From Chloroflexota bacterium (GTDB lineage Bacteria; Chloroflexota; Anaerolineae; JAAYZQ01), in the NCBI GenBank assembly GCA_018606645.1, contig JAGVRI010000008.1, forward strand, positions 68,036-132,035: DNA of 64,000 bases, written 5' to 3'. Positions 19,556 through 28,088 of the stretch are shown here, piece after piece. The notes under the pieces are model-generated. The model was not told the origin of the DNA. It ran no database searches and was given only the letters and a program-made list of their open reading frames with translations. Made by a program: the position numbers and the translations under genes. Numbering within the stretch: position 1 is the stretch's first letter; each line of letters opens with the position of its first letter.

Positions 19556-20848
19556 ATGAACGTGCTGGTTACTGGATCGAGAGGCTTTATCGGGAAGAAC
19601 CTGATCGCGTGGCTGGCCCAGGAGACAGATGTACAGGTCCTGGAGTTTGATCTAGAGCACACCCAGTCGGAATTGGCGGAGCGACTGGCGGTGGCGGATC
19701 TGGTTTACCATCTGGCTGGCGTGAATCGGCCCCAGTCGGTGGAGGAATTCCATACCGGTAATGTGGAGCTGACGGCTCAGATCTGCGAACTGTTGCTGCG
19801 CAACGGCCGGGTCACGCCCATTGTGTTCTCCTCCTCGATCCAGGCGGAATTAGACAACCCGTATGGTGTCAGCAAACGTTGGGCTGAGGCGGTGCTGGCC
19901 GACTATGCCCAGCGCAGTAGCGCAGCCGTGGCCATCTTCCGCCTGTCCAACGTCTTTGGCAAGTGGTGTCGGCCTCACTACAACTCGGTGGTCGCTACCT
20001 TTTGCTACCAGATAGCTCACGACCTGCCGATCACGATCTCTGACCCCAGCCGGGAGGTGCCGCTGGTGCATGTGGACGACGTGGTCCAGGCGTTCTTGGA
20101 GGCAGGTGAAGAGATCACAAGGCAGAAGTCAGAGGTCAAAGGTCAGAGGTCAGAGGTCAGAAAGCGTCGAGACACCTTGCATTTCTCGCCGTTGGCCATC
20201 AAGGATCTACCCCTGACGGCTGGCAATCCCTCGCGAGCAACCCTTGTCTACTGCGAAGCACGGCCGATCTACACCGTCACGCTTGGCCGGCTGGCAGATC
20301 TGATCCGCTCCTTCCGTGCGAGTCGTCAGACGTTGGTGGCTCCGGATTTGAGCGATCCGTTCGTTTATAAGCTGTATGGCACCTATCTCTCCTATCTGGA
20401 GCCGAGTGACTTTGCCTATGACCTAACGCAGCGCACCGATGCCCGAGGCGCGCTCGCCGAGTTCATCAAATCGCCTGCTTTCGGTCAGATTTTTGTCTCG
20501 CGCACAAGACCGGGCGTCACCCGCGGCAACCATTTCCACCACACCAAGGCCGAGAAGTTCCTGGTACTGGAGGGGGAGGCCGTTATCCGGTTGCGAGCGA
20601 TCAGGAACCAGAGGACAGGGGTCGGAGGACAGAGGTCAGAGGTCGGGGATCAGGGGGCAGAGGGTGGTGGGCAGGGAGTAGAGGTGGTCGAGTATCGGGT
20701 GTCGGGGCGGGATTTTCGGGTGGTGGACATCCCGCCCGGTTACACCCACTCTATCGAGAACGTGGGGGACGGGGAGCTGGTGACTTTATTTTGGGCCAGT
20801 GAGGTCTTTGATTCGGACAAATCGGATACATATTACGAGCAAGTATGA
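19556..20848 (+). CDS. fnlB: UDP-2-acetamido-2,6-dideoxy-hexulose reductase/epimerase (FnlB/CapF/WbjC family; SDR + C-terminal cupin), with two heptamer-derived in-frame insertions
   Basis: colinear with S. aureus Cap5F ([95 protein letters not shown]). Confidence 0.85.
   Translation: MNVLVTGSRGFIGKNLIAWLAQETDVQVLEFDLEHTQSELAERLAVADLVYHLAGVNRPQSVEEFHTGNVELTAQICELLLRNGRVTPIVFSSSIQAELDNPYGVSKRWAEAVLADYAQRSSAAVAIFRLSNVFGKWCRPHYNSVVATFCYQIAHDLPITISDPSREVPLVHVDDVVQAFLEAGEEITRQKSEVKGQRSEVRKRRDTLHFSPLAIKDLPLTAGNPSRATLVYCEARPIYTVTLGRLADLIRSFRASRQTLVAPDLSDPFVYKLYGTYLSYLEPSDFAYDLTQRTDARGALAEFIKSPAFGQIFVSRTRPGVTRGNHFHHTKAEKFLVLEGEAVIRLRAIRNQRTGVGGQRSEVGDQGAEGGGQGVEVVEYRVSGRDFRVVDIPPGYTHSIENVGDGELVTLFWASEVFDSDKSDTYYEQV
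20127..20161 (+). repeat. heptanucleotide array AGTCAGA GGTCAAA (GGTCAGA)x3 inside the fnlB-like CDS
   Basis: direct reading; encodes [13 protein letters not shown], absent from CapF homologs. Confidence 0.85.
20608..20690 (+). repeat. degenerate heptanucleotide array (about 11 units, GGTCAGA-like) inside the cupin domain of the fnlB-like CDS
   Basis: GGACAGG GGTCGGA GGACAGA GGTCAGA GGTCGGG GATCAGG GGGCAGA ...; encodes [25 protein letters not shown] inserted where CapF has about 6 residues. Confidence 0.8.
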
Positions 20849-21978
20849 AAGTTGCTACGATTCTGGGTACGCGGCCTGAAATTATCCGCCTATCGCGGGT
20901 CATGGCTGCGCTGGACCGCTATACCGATCACGTCATCATCCATACTGGTCAGAACTATGACTATGAACTGAACCAGATCTTCTTTGAGGATCTGGAGATC
21001 CGCAGGCCAGACCTTTTTCTGGATGCTGCCGGCCAGACGGCGGCGGAGACCATCGGCTTGGTCATTGCACGGTCCGATGCGGTATTGCGCCAAATTCAAC
21101 CCGATGCGGTCCTGATTTTGGGCGACACCAACAGTTGTCTGGCGGCGATCGCCGCCAAGCGGTTAAAAATCCCTGTCTTTCATATGGAGGCCGGCAATCG
21201 TTGCTTCGACGAGCGAGTGCCGGAGGAGATCAATCGGCGCATTGTGGATCACATCAGCGATGTCAACCTGCCCTATTCGCAGATCTCGCGCGAATATCTG
21301 TTGCGTGAAGGGCTGCCGCCTGACCGGATCATTGTCACCGGCAGTCCGATGTACGAGGTCCTGCATTACTATATGCCAAAGATCAAGGCATCCGATGTCC
21401 TGAAGCGGCTGAACTTGCAGGCTCAGGAGTATTATTTGGTCAGCGCCCACCGTGAGGAGAACGTGGATGATCCGCAGCAGTTCGCTGCGTTGTTGGAGGT
21501 GCTGACGAACCTGGCAGAGATGGGGCATCGCGTGGTCGTATCTACGCATCCCCGTACGCGCAAGCGCATTGAAGCGACCGGTGTGGTGTTGCCGACCCGA
21601 GTAGAGCTGATGAAGCCCTTTGCCTTCTCCGACTATGTCCATCTGCAAATGCATGCTTGTGCCGTACTCTCTGATAGCGGTACCATCACGGAGGAGTCGT
21701 CCATCCTCAACTTCCCCGCGCTGAACATCCGTCAGGCGCACGAGCGGCCGGAGGGGATGGAAGAAGGGGCGGTGATGATGGTGGGGCTGGAGTGGAAACG
21801 CGTCCGGGAGGGGTTGGCGATTCTCGAAGGCCAGTCGCGCGGTGAGCGACGTACTCTGCGTATCGTGGCCGATTATGCCGTTCCCAACGTATCGGAGAAA
21901 GTGGTTCGTATCATCCTGAGCTACACAGACTATGTCAACCGGGTAGTGTGGCAAAGAACGATTGGAACGGGGTGCTGA
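20845..21978 (+). CDS. fnlC: UDP-N-acetylglucosamine 2-epimerase, non-hydrolysing (FnlC/CapG/WbjD family)
   Basis: [40 protein letters not shown] is the WecB/FnlC N-terminal signature; ATGA overlap with upstream and downstream genes. Confidence 0.85.
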   Translation: MKVATILGTRPEIIRLSRVMAALDRYTDHVIIHTGQNYDYELNQIFFEDLEIRRPDLFLDAAGQTAAETIGLVIARSDAVLRQIQPDAVLILGDTNSCLAAIAAKRLKIPVFHMEAGNRCFDERVPEEINRRIVDHISDVNLPYSQISREYLLREGLPPDRIIVTGSPMYEVLHYYMPKIKASDVLKRLNLQAQEYYLVSAHREENVDDPQQFAALLEVLTNLAEMGHRVVVSTHPRTRKRIEATGVVLPTRVELMKPFAFSDYVHLQMHACAVLSDSGTITEESSILNFPALNIRQAHERPEGMEEGAVMMVGLEWKRVREGLAILEGQSRGERRTLRIVADYAVPNVSEKVVRIILSYTDYVNRVVWQRTIGTGC

Positions 21979-23213
21979 TGCGTATCTTGCTTCTGACTCA
22001 GTGGTTTCAACCTGAGCCTACGAGCAAAGGGTTGCCTTTTGCCAAGGCGCTGGCAGGGCGTGGACATTACGTGGAAGTGCTCACCGGCTTTCCGAACTAT
22101 CCGGGGGGCAAGTTGTATCCTGGCTATCGAGTCCGTCCTTGGCAGCAGGAAATCATGGAGGGCATTCCCGTGAATCGGGTGGCGCTGTATCCTAGCCATG
22201 ACCGGTCTGGACTGCGCCGCATGGCCAATTACTTGAGTTTCGCGTTGGCCGCCCTGACCCTGGGGCCCTGGCTGGTATCAAGGCCTGAGATCATCCATGT
22301 GTACAACCTGGTTACGTTGATCCCCGCAGCTCTTCTGCTGCGATGGATATTCAGGGCCAAAGTGCTGTTGGACGTGCAGGACCTGTGGCCCGAGTCTGTG
22401 ATCAACTCCGGTATGTTGAACAATCGGCTACTTCATCGGATTCTGACGGCAGGCTCCATCTGGGCGTATCGGCAGGCTGACTGGATTACCGTTCAGTCGC
22501 CCGGCTTTCAACGGGCGTTAATACAACGCGGCGTGTCATCGGACCGGATCGAAGTGATCTATAACTGGTGCAATGAGGCTGAACAACGCCGTGCTCCGCG
22601 TGACGGGGCACTGGCCCAGCAACTGGGCCTGGACGGTCGTTTCAATGTGCTCTTTGCCGGCACGATGGGGGTCATGCAAGGTCTGGATACTGTCCTGGAG
22701 GCAGCGCGACTTTGCCATGGGCGTGTGCCGCAAGCTCAATTTGTACTGATCGGAGGTGGGGTGGAGCGAGATCGCCTAGAAGCCAAGGCGACTGCCATGG
22801 GCTTGACCAATGTGCGGTTCTTGCCCCGCCAGCCTCCTGACGGTATCGGACGTTTCTATGCACTGGCGGACGCGCTGCTCGTACATCTTAAGGATGACCC
22901 CTTGTTCCAGATCACCATTCCGTCCAAGACTCAAGCGTACCTGTATATGGGCAAACCGATCATCATGGCGGTTCGGGGTGATGCTGCAGAACTGGTTCAG
23001 CAGGCTGGGGCAGGATTGATGTGCGCGCCTGAAGATCCTGTCGCGCTGACCGACGCGGTAGCCTGCCTGGCAGCAATGGCTCCCGAGGAACGGGAACGGC
23101 TTGGGCGCTCTGGAGCCGAGTTTTATGCCCGGAATCTGTCCATGGAGGCCGGGGTCGATCGGTTTGAGCGACGGATGCAGCAGATCGTCCATTGCCCGGG
23201 CCCGAGACGGTGA
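21978..23213 (+). CDS. glycosyltransferase family 4, WbuB-like (putative L-FucNAc transferase)
   Basis: [40 protein letters not shown] resembles WbuB N-terminus; follows fnlABC as in O-antigen clusters. Confidence 0.7.
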   Translation: MRILLLTQWFQPEPTSKGLPFAKALAGRGHYVEVLTGFPNYPGGKLYPGYRVRPWQQEIMEGIPVNRVALYPSHDRSGLRRMANYLSFALAALTLGPWLVSRPEIIHVYNLVTLIPAALLLRWIFRAKVLLDVQDLWPESVINSGMLNNRLLHRILTAGSIWAYRQADWITVQSPGFQRALIQRGVSSDRIEVIYNWCNEAEQRRAPRDGALAQQLGLDGRFNVLFAGTMGVMQGLDTVLEAARLCHGRVPQAQFVLIGGGVERDRLEAKATAMGLTNVRFLPRQPPDGIGRFYALADALLVHLKDDPLFQITIPSKTQAYLYMGKPIIMAVRGDAAELVQQAGAGLMCAPEDPVALTDAVACLAAMAPEERERLGRSGAEFYARNLSMEAGVDRFERRMQQIVHCPGPRR

Positions 23214-23249
23214 TTCGAGATTTGAACGCACAAGTGGTGGTGCCAGGTC

Positions 23250-23468
23250 TTGGAACACAGCGATCAATTGAACATGCGGCAAGTGCTGCAACGCCGACGC
23301 GAGACCCATCGGAAAACGCTCCAACAGGACGTGGAACGTCTGACGACGGCCGCCGCAGCGCTGGGTGTCCAGCGGGTGGTCTTGTTTGGTTCTCTGGCAC
23401 GACAGGAGGCGCGTTTGACGAGCGACCTGGACTTTATGAAGCGTGAGCCACGCCGAGGTGTGCGGTGA
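23250..23468 (+). CDS. minimal nucleotidyltransferase (MNT) fragment or small ORF
   Basis: VLFGSLARQEARLTSDLDF = GS...DxD nucleotidyltransferase motif; only 72 codons, overlaps the next MNT ORF in a different frame. Confidence 0.35.
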   Translation: MEHSDQLNMRQVLQRRRETHRKTLQQDVERLTTAAAALGVQRVVLFGSLARQEARLTSDLDFMKREPRRGVR

Positions 23469-23869
23469 CTGATCGGCCCACGTTCGATCTGGCTGCCAGC
23501 CGGTCCTATCTCAGGTCCCGTCAGGAGCGGGAGTTTCGCGTCAGAGAGCAACGACGGCAGGAGGCGTTGCAGGCTGTGCGCGCGGCGGCTCAGTCTGTCC
23601 TGCCCCGCTTTCCTGGGGTGCGCCGGGCCTATCTGTTTGGTTCAGTGCTGCGCCCCGGCGCAATGCATGCTATGTCGGATGTCGACGTTGCCCTCGAAGG
23701 CGACCTCGATGCGGAAGCCTACTTTGCTGTCTGGCGCGAGCTGGAAAGGGCGGCTCCAGGTTGGCAGATCGAGCTGATCGAACTGGGCGTTGATGTATAC
23801 GTTTCCGCTCGCGTGCGTGAACAAGGGGAGCTGATCTATGAACGTGCAGATTCGGACGCTGAAAGCTGA
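23465..23869 (+). CDS. MNT-type nucleotidyltransferase, MntA-like antitoxin
   Basis: AYLFGSVLRPGAMHAMSDVDVALE motif; overlaps the downstream HEPN-like gene by 32 nt. Confidence 0.55.
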   Translation: MTDRPTFDLAASRSYLRSRQEREFRVREQRRQEALQAVRAAAQSVLPRFPGVRRAYLFGSVLRPGAMHAMSDVDVALEGDLDAEAYFAVWRELERAAPGWQIELIELGVDVYVSARVREQGELIYERADSDAES

Positions 23870-24317
23870 TATTTCGGCCGATCTCGAGGCAATCTCCGAG
23901 ATCTATCAGGCAATCCATCAGTTTGGAGCAGACCTGCGTGATGAGCGCGAACGCATTGTTGTTGCCTACTATCTGCACAATCTCTACTGCGCTTTCGAGA
24001 GCATTTTTGAGCGCATTGCGCAGACCTTTGGCAATCAGATTGCTGACCGTGCTGGTTGGCACGCCGATCTGTTGCGTCGGATGACGTTGGACATCGAGGG
24101 GGTGCGTCCACGCGTGCTGAGCGCGCCAGCCTATGACAGCCTGGACGAACTGCGTCGTTTCCGCCACGTGTTCCGCAGCGCGTATCGCCTGCGACTGGAT
24201 GCTGACCGACTGGCTTTGGTATATCGAAAGGCCCAGGCCTTGGAGCATGTCTATCGCGCTGACATTGAGCGATTTCTGGCCTTCCTGGATGACCTGCTGC
24301 AGGTCGAGGATGAGTGA
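23838..24317 (+). CDS. HEPN-like protein, putative HepT-like toxin partner of the upstream MNT
   Basis: all-helical 159 aa ORF immediately after and overlapping an MNT gene; candidate R-x-x-x-H (LRRFRHVFRSAY) motif; family assignment tentative. Confidence 0.4.
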   Translation: MNVQIRTLKADISADLEAISEIYQAIHQFGADLRDERERIVVAYYLHNLYCAFESIFERIAQTFGNQIADRAGWHADLLRRMTLDIEGVRPRVLSAPAYDSLDELRRFRHVFRSAYRLRLDADRLALVYRKAQALEHVYRADIERFLAFLDDLLQVEDE

Positions 24318-24951
24318 GCACAGAAGTATCCCGGTGTCCGATGGCGTCTACCGCCGCTACGGCAAACGCTTGTTGGACCTGGCGCTGACGGTTCCCGCGC
24401 TCGTTCTGCTCTCGCCGCTGCTGGCGCTCATCGCCGTCCTAGTGCGGGTGACGATGGGCGAGCCGGTGCTCTTCCGCCAGCAGCGTCCCGGGTTGCACGG
24501 CCAGCCGTTTATTCTGTACAAGTTCCGCACCATGACCGACGCCTATGACGCTGAAGGTCGAGTCCGTTCAGAGGCCGATCGTCTTACCCCGTTGGGCCGC
24601 TTGTTGCGGAGCGCCAGCCTGGATGAACTGCCCGAGCTGTGGAACGTGCTCAAGGGGGAAATGAGCCTGGTCGGCCCGCGGCCGCTGCTGATGAAATACC
24701 TGGAGCGCTACACGCCAGAGCAGGCCCGCCGCCATGAAGTGAGACCGGGCCTCACCGGTTGGGCGCAGGTCAACGGCCGGAATGCCATCTCCTGGGAGCA
24801 AAAGTTTGCCCTGGACGTGTGGTATGTGGACCATTTCTCGTTCTGGCTGGATCTGAAGATCATGGCGCTGACCGCCTGGAAAATCCTGAAGCGTGAGGGG
24901 ATCAGCCAGCCGGGCCATGTGACGATGGAAGAGTTCAGAGGTTCCTTGTAA
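24310..24951 (+). CDS. pglC: small phosphoglycosyl transferase, PglC-type (undecaprenyl-phosphate N,N-diacetylbacillosamine 1-phosphate transferase family)
   Basis: colinear with C. jejuni PglC: single N-terminal TM ([25 protein letters not shown]), [47 protein letters not shown]-terminal GHVTMEEF; start ATG 24310 overlaps the HEPN stop. Confidence 0.85.
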   Translation: MSEHRSIPVSDGVYRRYGKRLLDLALTVPALVLLSPLLALIAVLVRVTMGEPVLFRQQRPGLHGQPFILYKFRTMTDAYDAEGRVRSEADRLTPLGRLLRSASLDELPELWNVLKGEMSLVGPRPLLMKYLERYTPEQARRHEVRPGLTGWAQVNGRNAISWEQKFALDVWYVDHFSFWLDLKIMALTAWKILKREGISQPGHVTMEEFRGSL

Positions 24952-25217
24952 TGTCTAAACCGACGACGATAGTCTACACAAGTCATGCTCGGGAAAAGTT
25001 CGAGCTTCTGGCTCGCTATGGCTTCCCAATCACCCAGCAGCAAGTAGAAGATACAATCCGCGAGCCCACTTTGGTAATCAAGCAAACCGGTGGTAGACTG
25101 ATCGCGCAGAAGGAGATCGGCCAACACCATCTGTTGCGTGTGATTTACCGGATAGAAGGACAATTCGCCATTGTGATCACCTTCTATCCGGCGCGGAGGA
25201 GGCGTTATGAAACTTAG
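24951..25217 (+). CDS. DUF4258-family protein (putative toxin of a DUF4258/DUF2283 pair)
   Basis: 88 aa, ...HAREKFELLARYGFPITQQQVEDTI... pattern; followed by overlapping DUF2283-like gene. Confidence 0.45.
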   Translation: MSKPTTIVYTSHAREKFELLARYGFPITQQQVEDTIREPTLVIKQTGGRLIAQKEIGQHHLLRVIYRIEGQFAIVITFYPARRRRYET

Positions 25218-25425
25218 CTATGACCGCTCTGAGGATATTCTAACCATCGAGACCACAGAAGAAGGCGTCATTGAATATGCCGAACAAGTAGAGAGCTTTA
25301 TCGCGCACTTTAGTCACGATGGTAGACTGCTCGTACTTGAGATTCTAGATGCCAGCGAATTCCTGACCAATGTCTTCAAGAGTACGGTCCGTGATCCGGG
25401 AGAAAAGTTGCTGGTGACCGCCTAA
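25207..25425 (+). CDS. DUF2283-family protein (putative antitoxin partner)
   Basis: [47 protein letters not shown] matches the DUF2283 pattern (..YD.E.D.LYI). Confidence 0.5.
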   Translation: MKLSYDRSEDILTIETTEEGVIEYAEQVESFIAHFSHDGRLLVLEILDASEFLTNVFKSTVRDPGEKLLVTA

Positions 25426-25433
25426 CGGATTCG

Positions 25434-25955
25434 ATGATGGCAAACCGGGAGATTATCACACCGCAAGCGATGGCGAGCAGGCCATCGGCTGTGCAAAGGC
25501 CATCCTGCGCTTCTGTGCAGATTGCCTTTCTCGATAGGAACCAGGCCATCGCGGAGCTGGTCGAATGCGCCGGACGGCTGCTAGCGTGTGATGATCGGGT
25601 ACTTGCGGTCGGGTTGTTCGGTTCGCTGGCCCGGAGCCAAGCCCTGCCCAGGAGCGACGCTGACCTGCTCATTGTGAGAGAGCATCCCCAGCAACGCTGG
25701 TTCGACCGCATCCCGAGTTATGCCGACGCCTTTGCAGGCGTTTCGTTGCCGGTGGATGTCTTTCCCTACACGGTGGAGGAACTCAGGCGGATGATCGCGG
25801 GTCGTTCCGGCTTTCTGCGCACTATCCTGAGAGAAGTGATTCCCCTCGGCGGGGATGCTGAGATTTGGAGCGACTTATCAGGGGTCAGAGCTCGGCGGTC
25901 AGAGGTCAGGGATCAGGGGGATGACGGATGCCGATCAGGTCGGCGAAGGACTTGA
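25434..25955 (+). CDS. MNT-type nucleotidyltransferase; C-terminus extended through a heptamer array
   Basis: [25 protein letters not shown] motif; the last about 25 codons are read through the GGTCAGA-type array. Confidence 0.55.
   Translation: MMANREIITPQAMASRPSAVQRPSCASVQIAFLDRNQAIAELVECAGRLLACDDRVLAVGLFGSLARSQALPRSDADLLIVREHPQQRWFDRIPSYADAFAGVSLPVDVFPYTVEELRRMIAGRSGFLRTILREVIPLGGDAEIWSDLSGVRARRSEVRDQGDDGCRSGRRRT
25881..25922 (+). repeat. heptanucleotide array (GGTCAGA-like, about 6 units) at the MNT/four-helix-bundle gene junction
   Basis: GGGTCAG AGCTCGG CGGTCAG AGGTCAG GGATCAG GGGGATG. Confidence 0.75.
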
Positions 25956-26308
25956 TGGTATATCAGAAAGCCTATCAACTGGCAATGGCGGTGTTCGAGG
26001 CAAGCAAGGAGTTCCCACCGGAAGAACGGTTTGCCTTGACCAGCCAGATTCGCCGCTCGTCACGTTCGGTGTGCCTGAATCTGCGCGAGGCGTGGGCCAA
26101 GCGTCGCTATGAAGCACATTTCGTGAGCAAACTCACCGATTGTGACGGCGAAAACGGTGAAACTGACTCGTCGCTCGATTTTGCCCGGGATTGCGGCTAC
26201 ATCAATTCCGATGAGCACGCTCAGCTCACTGCCCTCTGCGCGGAAATCGGCAAAATGCTCGGTAGCATGCTCAACAACCCCACCCCATTTCTGATCTGTG
26301 ACCGCTGA
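25928..26308 (+). CDS. four-helix-bundle protein (23S rRNA intervening-sequence protein family; HEPN-related)
   Basis: [45 protein letters not shown] matches the conserved N-terminal half of this family. Confidence 0.6.
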   Translation: MPIRSAKDLMVYQKAYQLAMAVFEASKEFPPEERFALTSQIRRSSRSVCLNLREAWAKRRYEAHFVSKLTDCDGENGETDSSLDFARDCGYINSDEHAQLTALCAEIGKMLGSMLNNPTPFLICDR

Positions 26309-26318
26309 TCTCTGACTT
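26290..26318 (-). repeat. heptanucleotide array in inverted orientation (reverse complement AGTCAGA GATCAGC GGTCACA GATCAG)
   Basis: direct reading; forms the 3-prime end of the four-helix-bundle CDS. Confidence 0.7.
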
Positions 26319-26325
26319 CTGTGGC

Positions 26326-26366
26326 ATCAGCCAGCCGGGGCATGTGACGGTAGAAGAGTTCAGATG
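26326..26366 (+). repeat. direct duplicate of the pglC 3-prime end (24901..24941), about 37/41 identical
   Basis: atcagccagccgggccatgtgacgatggaagagttcagagg versus atcagccagccggggcatgtgacggtagaagagttcagatg. Confidence 0.85.
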
Positions 26367-26392
26367 TCAGAGATCAGCGTCAAGGGGGATGG
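26357..26392 (+). repeat. heptanucleotide array (GTTCAGA TGTCAGA GATCAGC GTCAAGG GGGATGG) continuing from the duplicated pglC end
   Basis: direct reading. Confidence 0.7.
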
Positions 26393-26457
26393 ATGTGAGC
26401 ATCTATTGGCTTGACATCAGGGAGGCGCAGGCGCGAATTCACTAGGCAGCGCAACGT

Positions 26458-26739
26458 TTGGCGGAGAAGTACCCGGAGATCGAGGAGATCTGGCTCTTTG
26501 GATCACTGGCGTGCGGCGACGCGGTGCCGAGGAGTGACGCGGATTTGCTGATCGTCTTAAGCGATAGCGACCTGGCGTTTTGGGCTCGCTCCGTACGGTA
26601 TCAGCCCGAGTTTTGCGGGATCGGCGTGGATGTACTGGCGTACACTTGCGCTGAACTCTTGCATTTGCGAGACGAGTGCGGAGGACTGTGGCACGAGGTA
26701 GAACGTGAGGGCATCTGTTTGTTTTGGCGAGTGCCCTGA
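26458..26739 (+). CDS. MNT-type nucleotidyltransferase (antitoxin-like)
   Basis: [24 protein letters not shown] motif, 93 aa. Confidence 0.55.
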   Translation: MAEKYPEIEEIWLFGSLACGDAVPRSDADLLIVLSDSDLAFWARSVRYQPEFCGIGVDVLAYTCAELLHLRDECGGLWHEVEREGICLFWRVP

Positions 26740-26748
26740 GGAGGGCGG

Positions 26749-27414
26749 GTGAGCATCCGGCAAATCGCCATTTATGGAGCTGGAGGATTCGCGCGGGAGG
26801 TGGCCTGGCTGGTTCAGGCCTGCAACGAGGGAGTTGAGAGATACCAGGTCGTTTGTTTCATTGATGATGACGTCGGAAAACATGGCACAATCCTCAACGG
26901 CATCCCCATTATGGGCCTGGAGCGCGCCCGCCAGCGATTCCCCGAAGCGCGGGTGGTCGGCGGTGTGGGCAGTCCCCAAACCCGCCAACTCCTCATGGAG
27001 AAGGCAGCCCGGGTTGGATTCGAGTTCGATACAATCATCCATCCCAGGGTGGAGCGGTCCGCCTGGATCGAAATCGGCGCGGGCACGGTGATCTGCGCCG
27101 GGAATATCTTGACCACCAACATTGTCCTGGGGCGACACGTACAGATCAATCTAGATTGCACCGTCGGCCATGATGTGATCATGGGGGATTATACCACGTT
27201 GGCTCCGGGAGTCCACGTGTCGGGATGCGTGCACCTGGGTCGGCGGGTTTATGTCGGCACTGGCGCGGTGATTATCAACGGCACGCTCGAGGAGCCGATC
27301 CGGATTGGCGATGATGCAGTGATCGGTGCTGGCGCGTGCGTGATCGGATCGGTACCGGCTGGCGTGACGGTGGTCGGGGTACCGGCGCGCCCGTTGCCGC
27401 GCTCCCAATCATGA
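26749..27414 (+). CDS. PglD/NeuD/WbpD-family sugar N-acetyltransferase (Rossmann-like N-domain + left-handed beta-helix)
   Basis: IAIYGAGGFAREVAWLV...VVCFIDDD N-domain plus hexapeptide repeats. Confidence 0.7.
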   Translation: MSIRQIAIYGAGGFAREVAWLVQACNEGVERYQVVCFIDDDVGKHGTILNGIPIMGLERARQRFPEARVVGGVGSPQTRQLLMEKAARVGFEFDTIIHPRVERSAWIEIGAGTVICAGNILTTNIVLGRHVQINLDCTVGHDVIMGDYTTLAPGVHVSGCVHLGRRVYVGTGAVIINGTLEEPIRIGDDAVIGAGACVIGSVPAGVTVVGVPARPLPRSQS

Positions 27415-28088
27415 GGGACGAGACGAAAGCGTTGATGAGTGAAGAACACAGACGTCTGGTGGTCTATGGCGCCGGCGGCCATGCCAAAGTGGTGCTGGCG
27501 ACGATCGAGGCCGAGGGAAAGTACCAGGTGGTCGGTGTGCTCGATTACAATCCGGCCAGGCATGGTCAACAGGTCTATGGCTATCCGGTGCTGGGGGGCT
27601 GGGAACAGCTCGAAACGCTGCAAAGTCAGAACGTCTATGCGGCGTTTGTGGCGATTGGCGATAACGAGCATCGGGCCCAAGTGGCTCGGCGATTGATTGA
27701 GCATGGATTCGAGTTGGTCACGGCGATCCACCCATCAGTTGTCCGCCTGCGGGGTTCGTGCATCGGTCCGGGGACGCTGGTCGCACCGTATGCATTCGTC
27801 GGGGGCGATTGCACCATCGGCGATGGGGTTATCATCAACACGGGCGCGGTGGTGGGGCACGATAGCAGGGTCGGTTCCTGGGTACACATCGGCGCGGGTG
27901 TGATTTTGGCCGGACAAGCCCGGGTCGGGGACTATTCGTTCCTGGGCATCAGCGCGTCTGTGTTGCCCGGAGTGACGGTGGGTCGGCGGGTCATAGTCGG
28001 GGCCCATGCCGTGGTCACCGAAGACCTTCCGGACGATGTCACCGCGGTCGGGGTGCGGGCGCGGATCATCAAACAGAGGTCGCCTTGA
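27411..28088 (+). CDS. second PglD/NeuD-family sugar N-acetyltransferase (tandem paralog)
   Basis: LVVYGAGGHAKVVLATIEAEGKYQVVGVLD.N plus hexapeptide repeats; ATGA overlap with previous gene if start is 27411. Confidence 0.7.
   Translation: MRDETKALMSEEHRRLVVYGAGGHAKVVLATIEAEGKYQVVGVLDYNPARHGQQVYGYPVLGGWEQLETLQSQNVYAAFVAIGDNEHRAQVARRLIEHGFELVTAIHPSVVRLRGSCIGPGTLVAPYAFVGGDCTIGDGVIINTGAVVGHDSRVGSWVHIGAGVILAGQARVGDYSFLGISASVLPGVTVGRRVIVGAHAVVTEDLPDDVTAVGVRARIIKQRSP

Noticed and set aside
25434-25955. Treating the C-terminal 25 residues of the MNT protein ([25 protein letters not shown]) as a genuine domain
   Set aside because: This tail is encoded by the GGTCAGA-type heptamer array and has no resemblance to MNT C-termini. 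Likely read-through of repeat DNA.
20127-26392. Heptamer arrays considered as a possible CRISPR array
   Set aside because: Units are 7 nt with no spacers, arrays are dispersed and partly coding. Not CRISPR architecture, and no cas genes.
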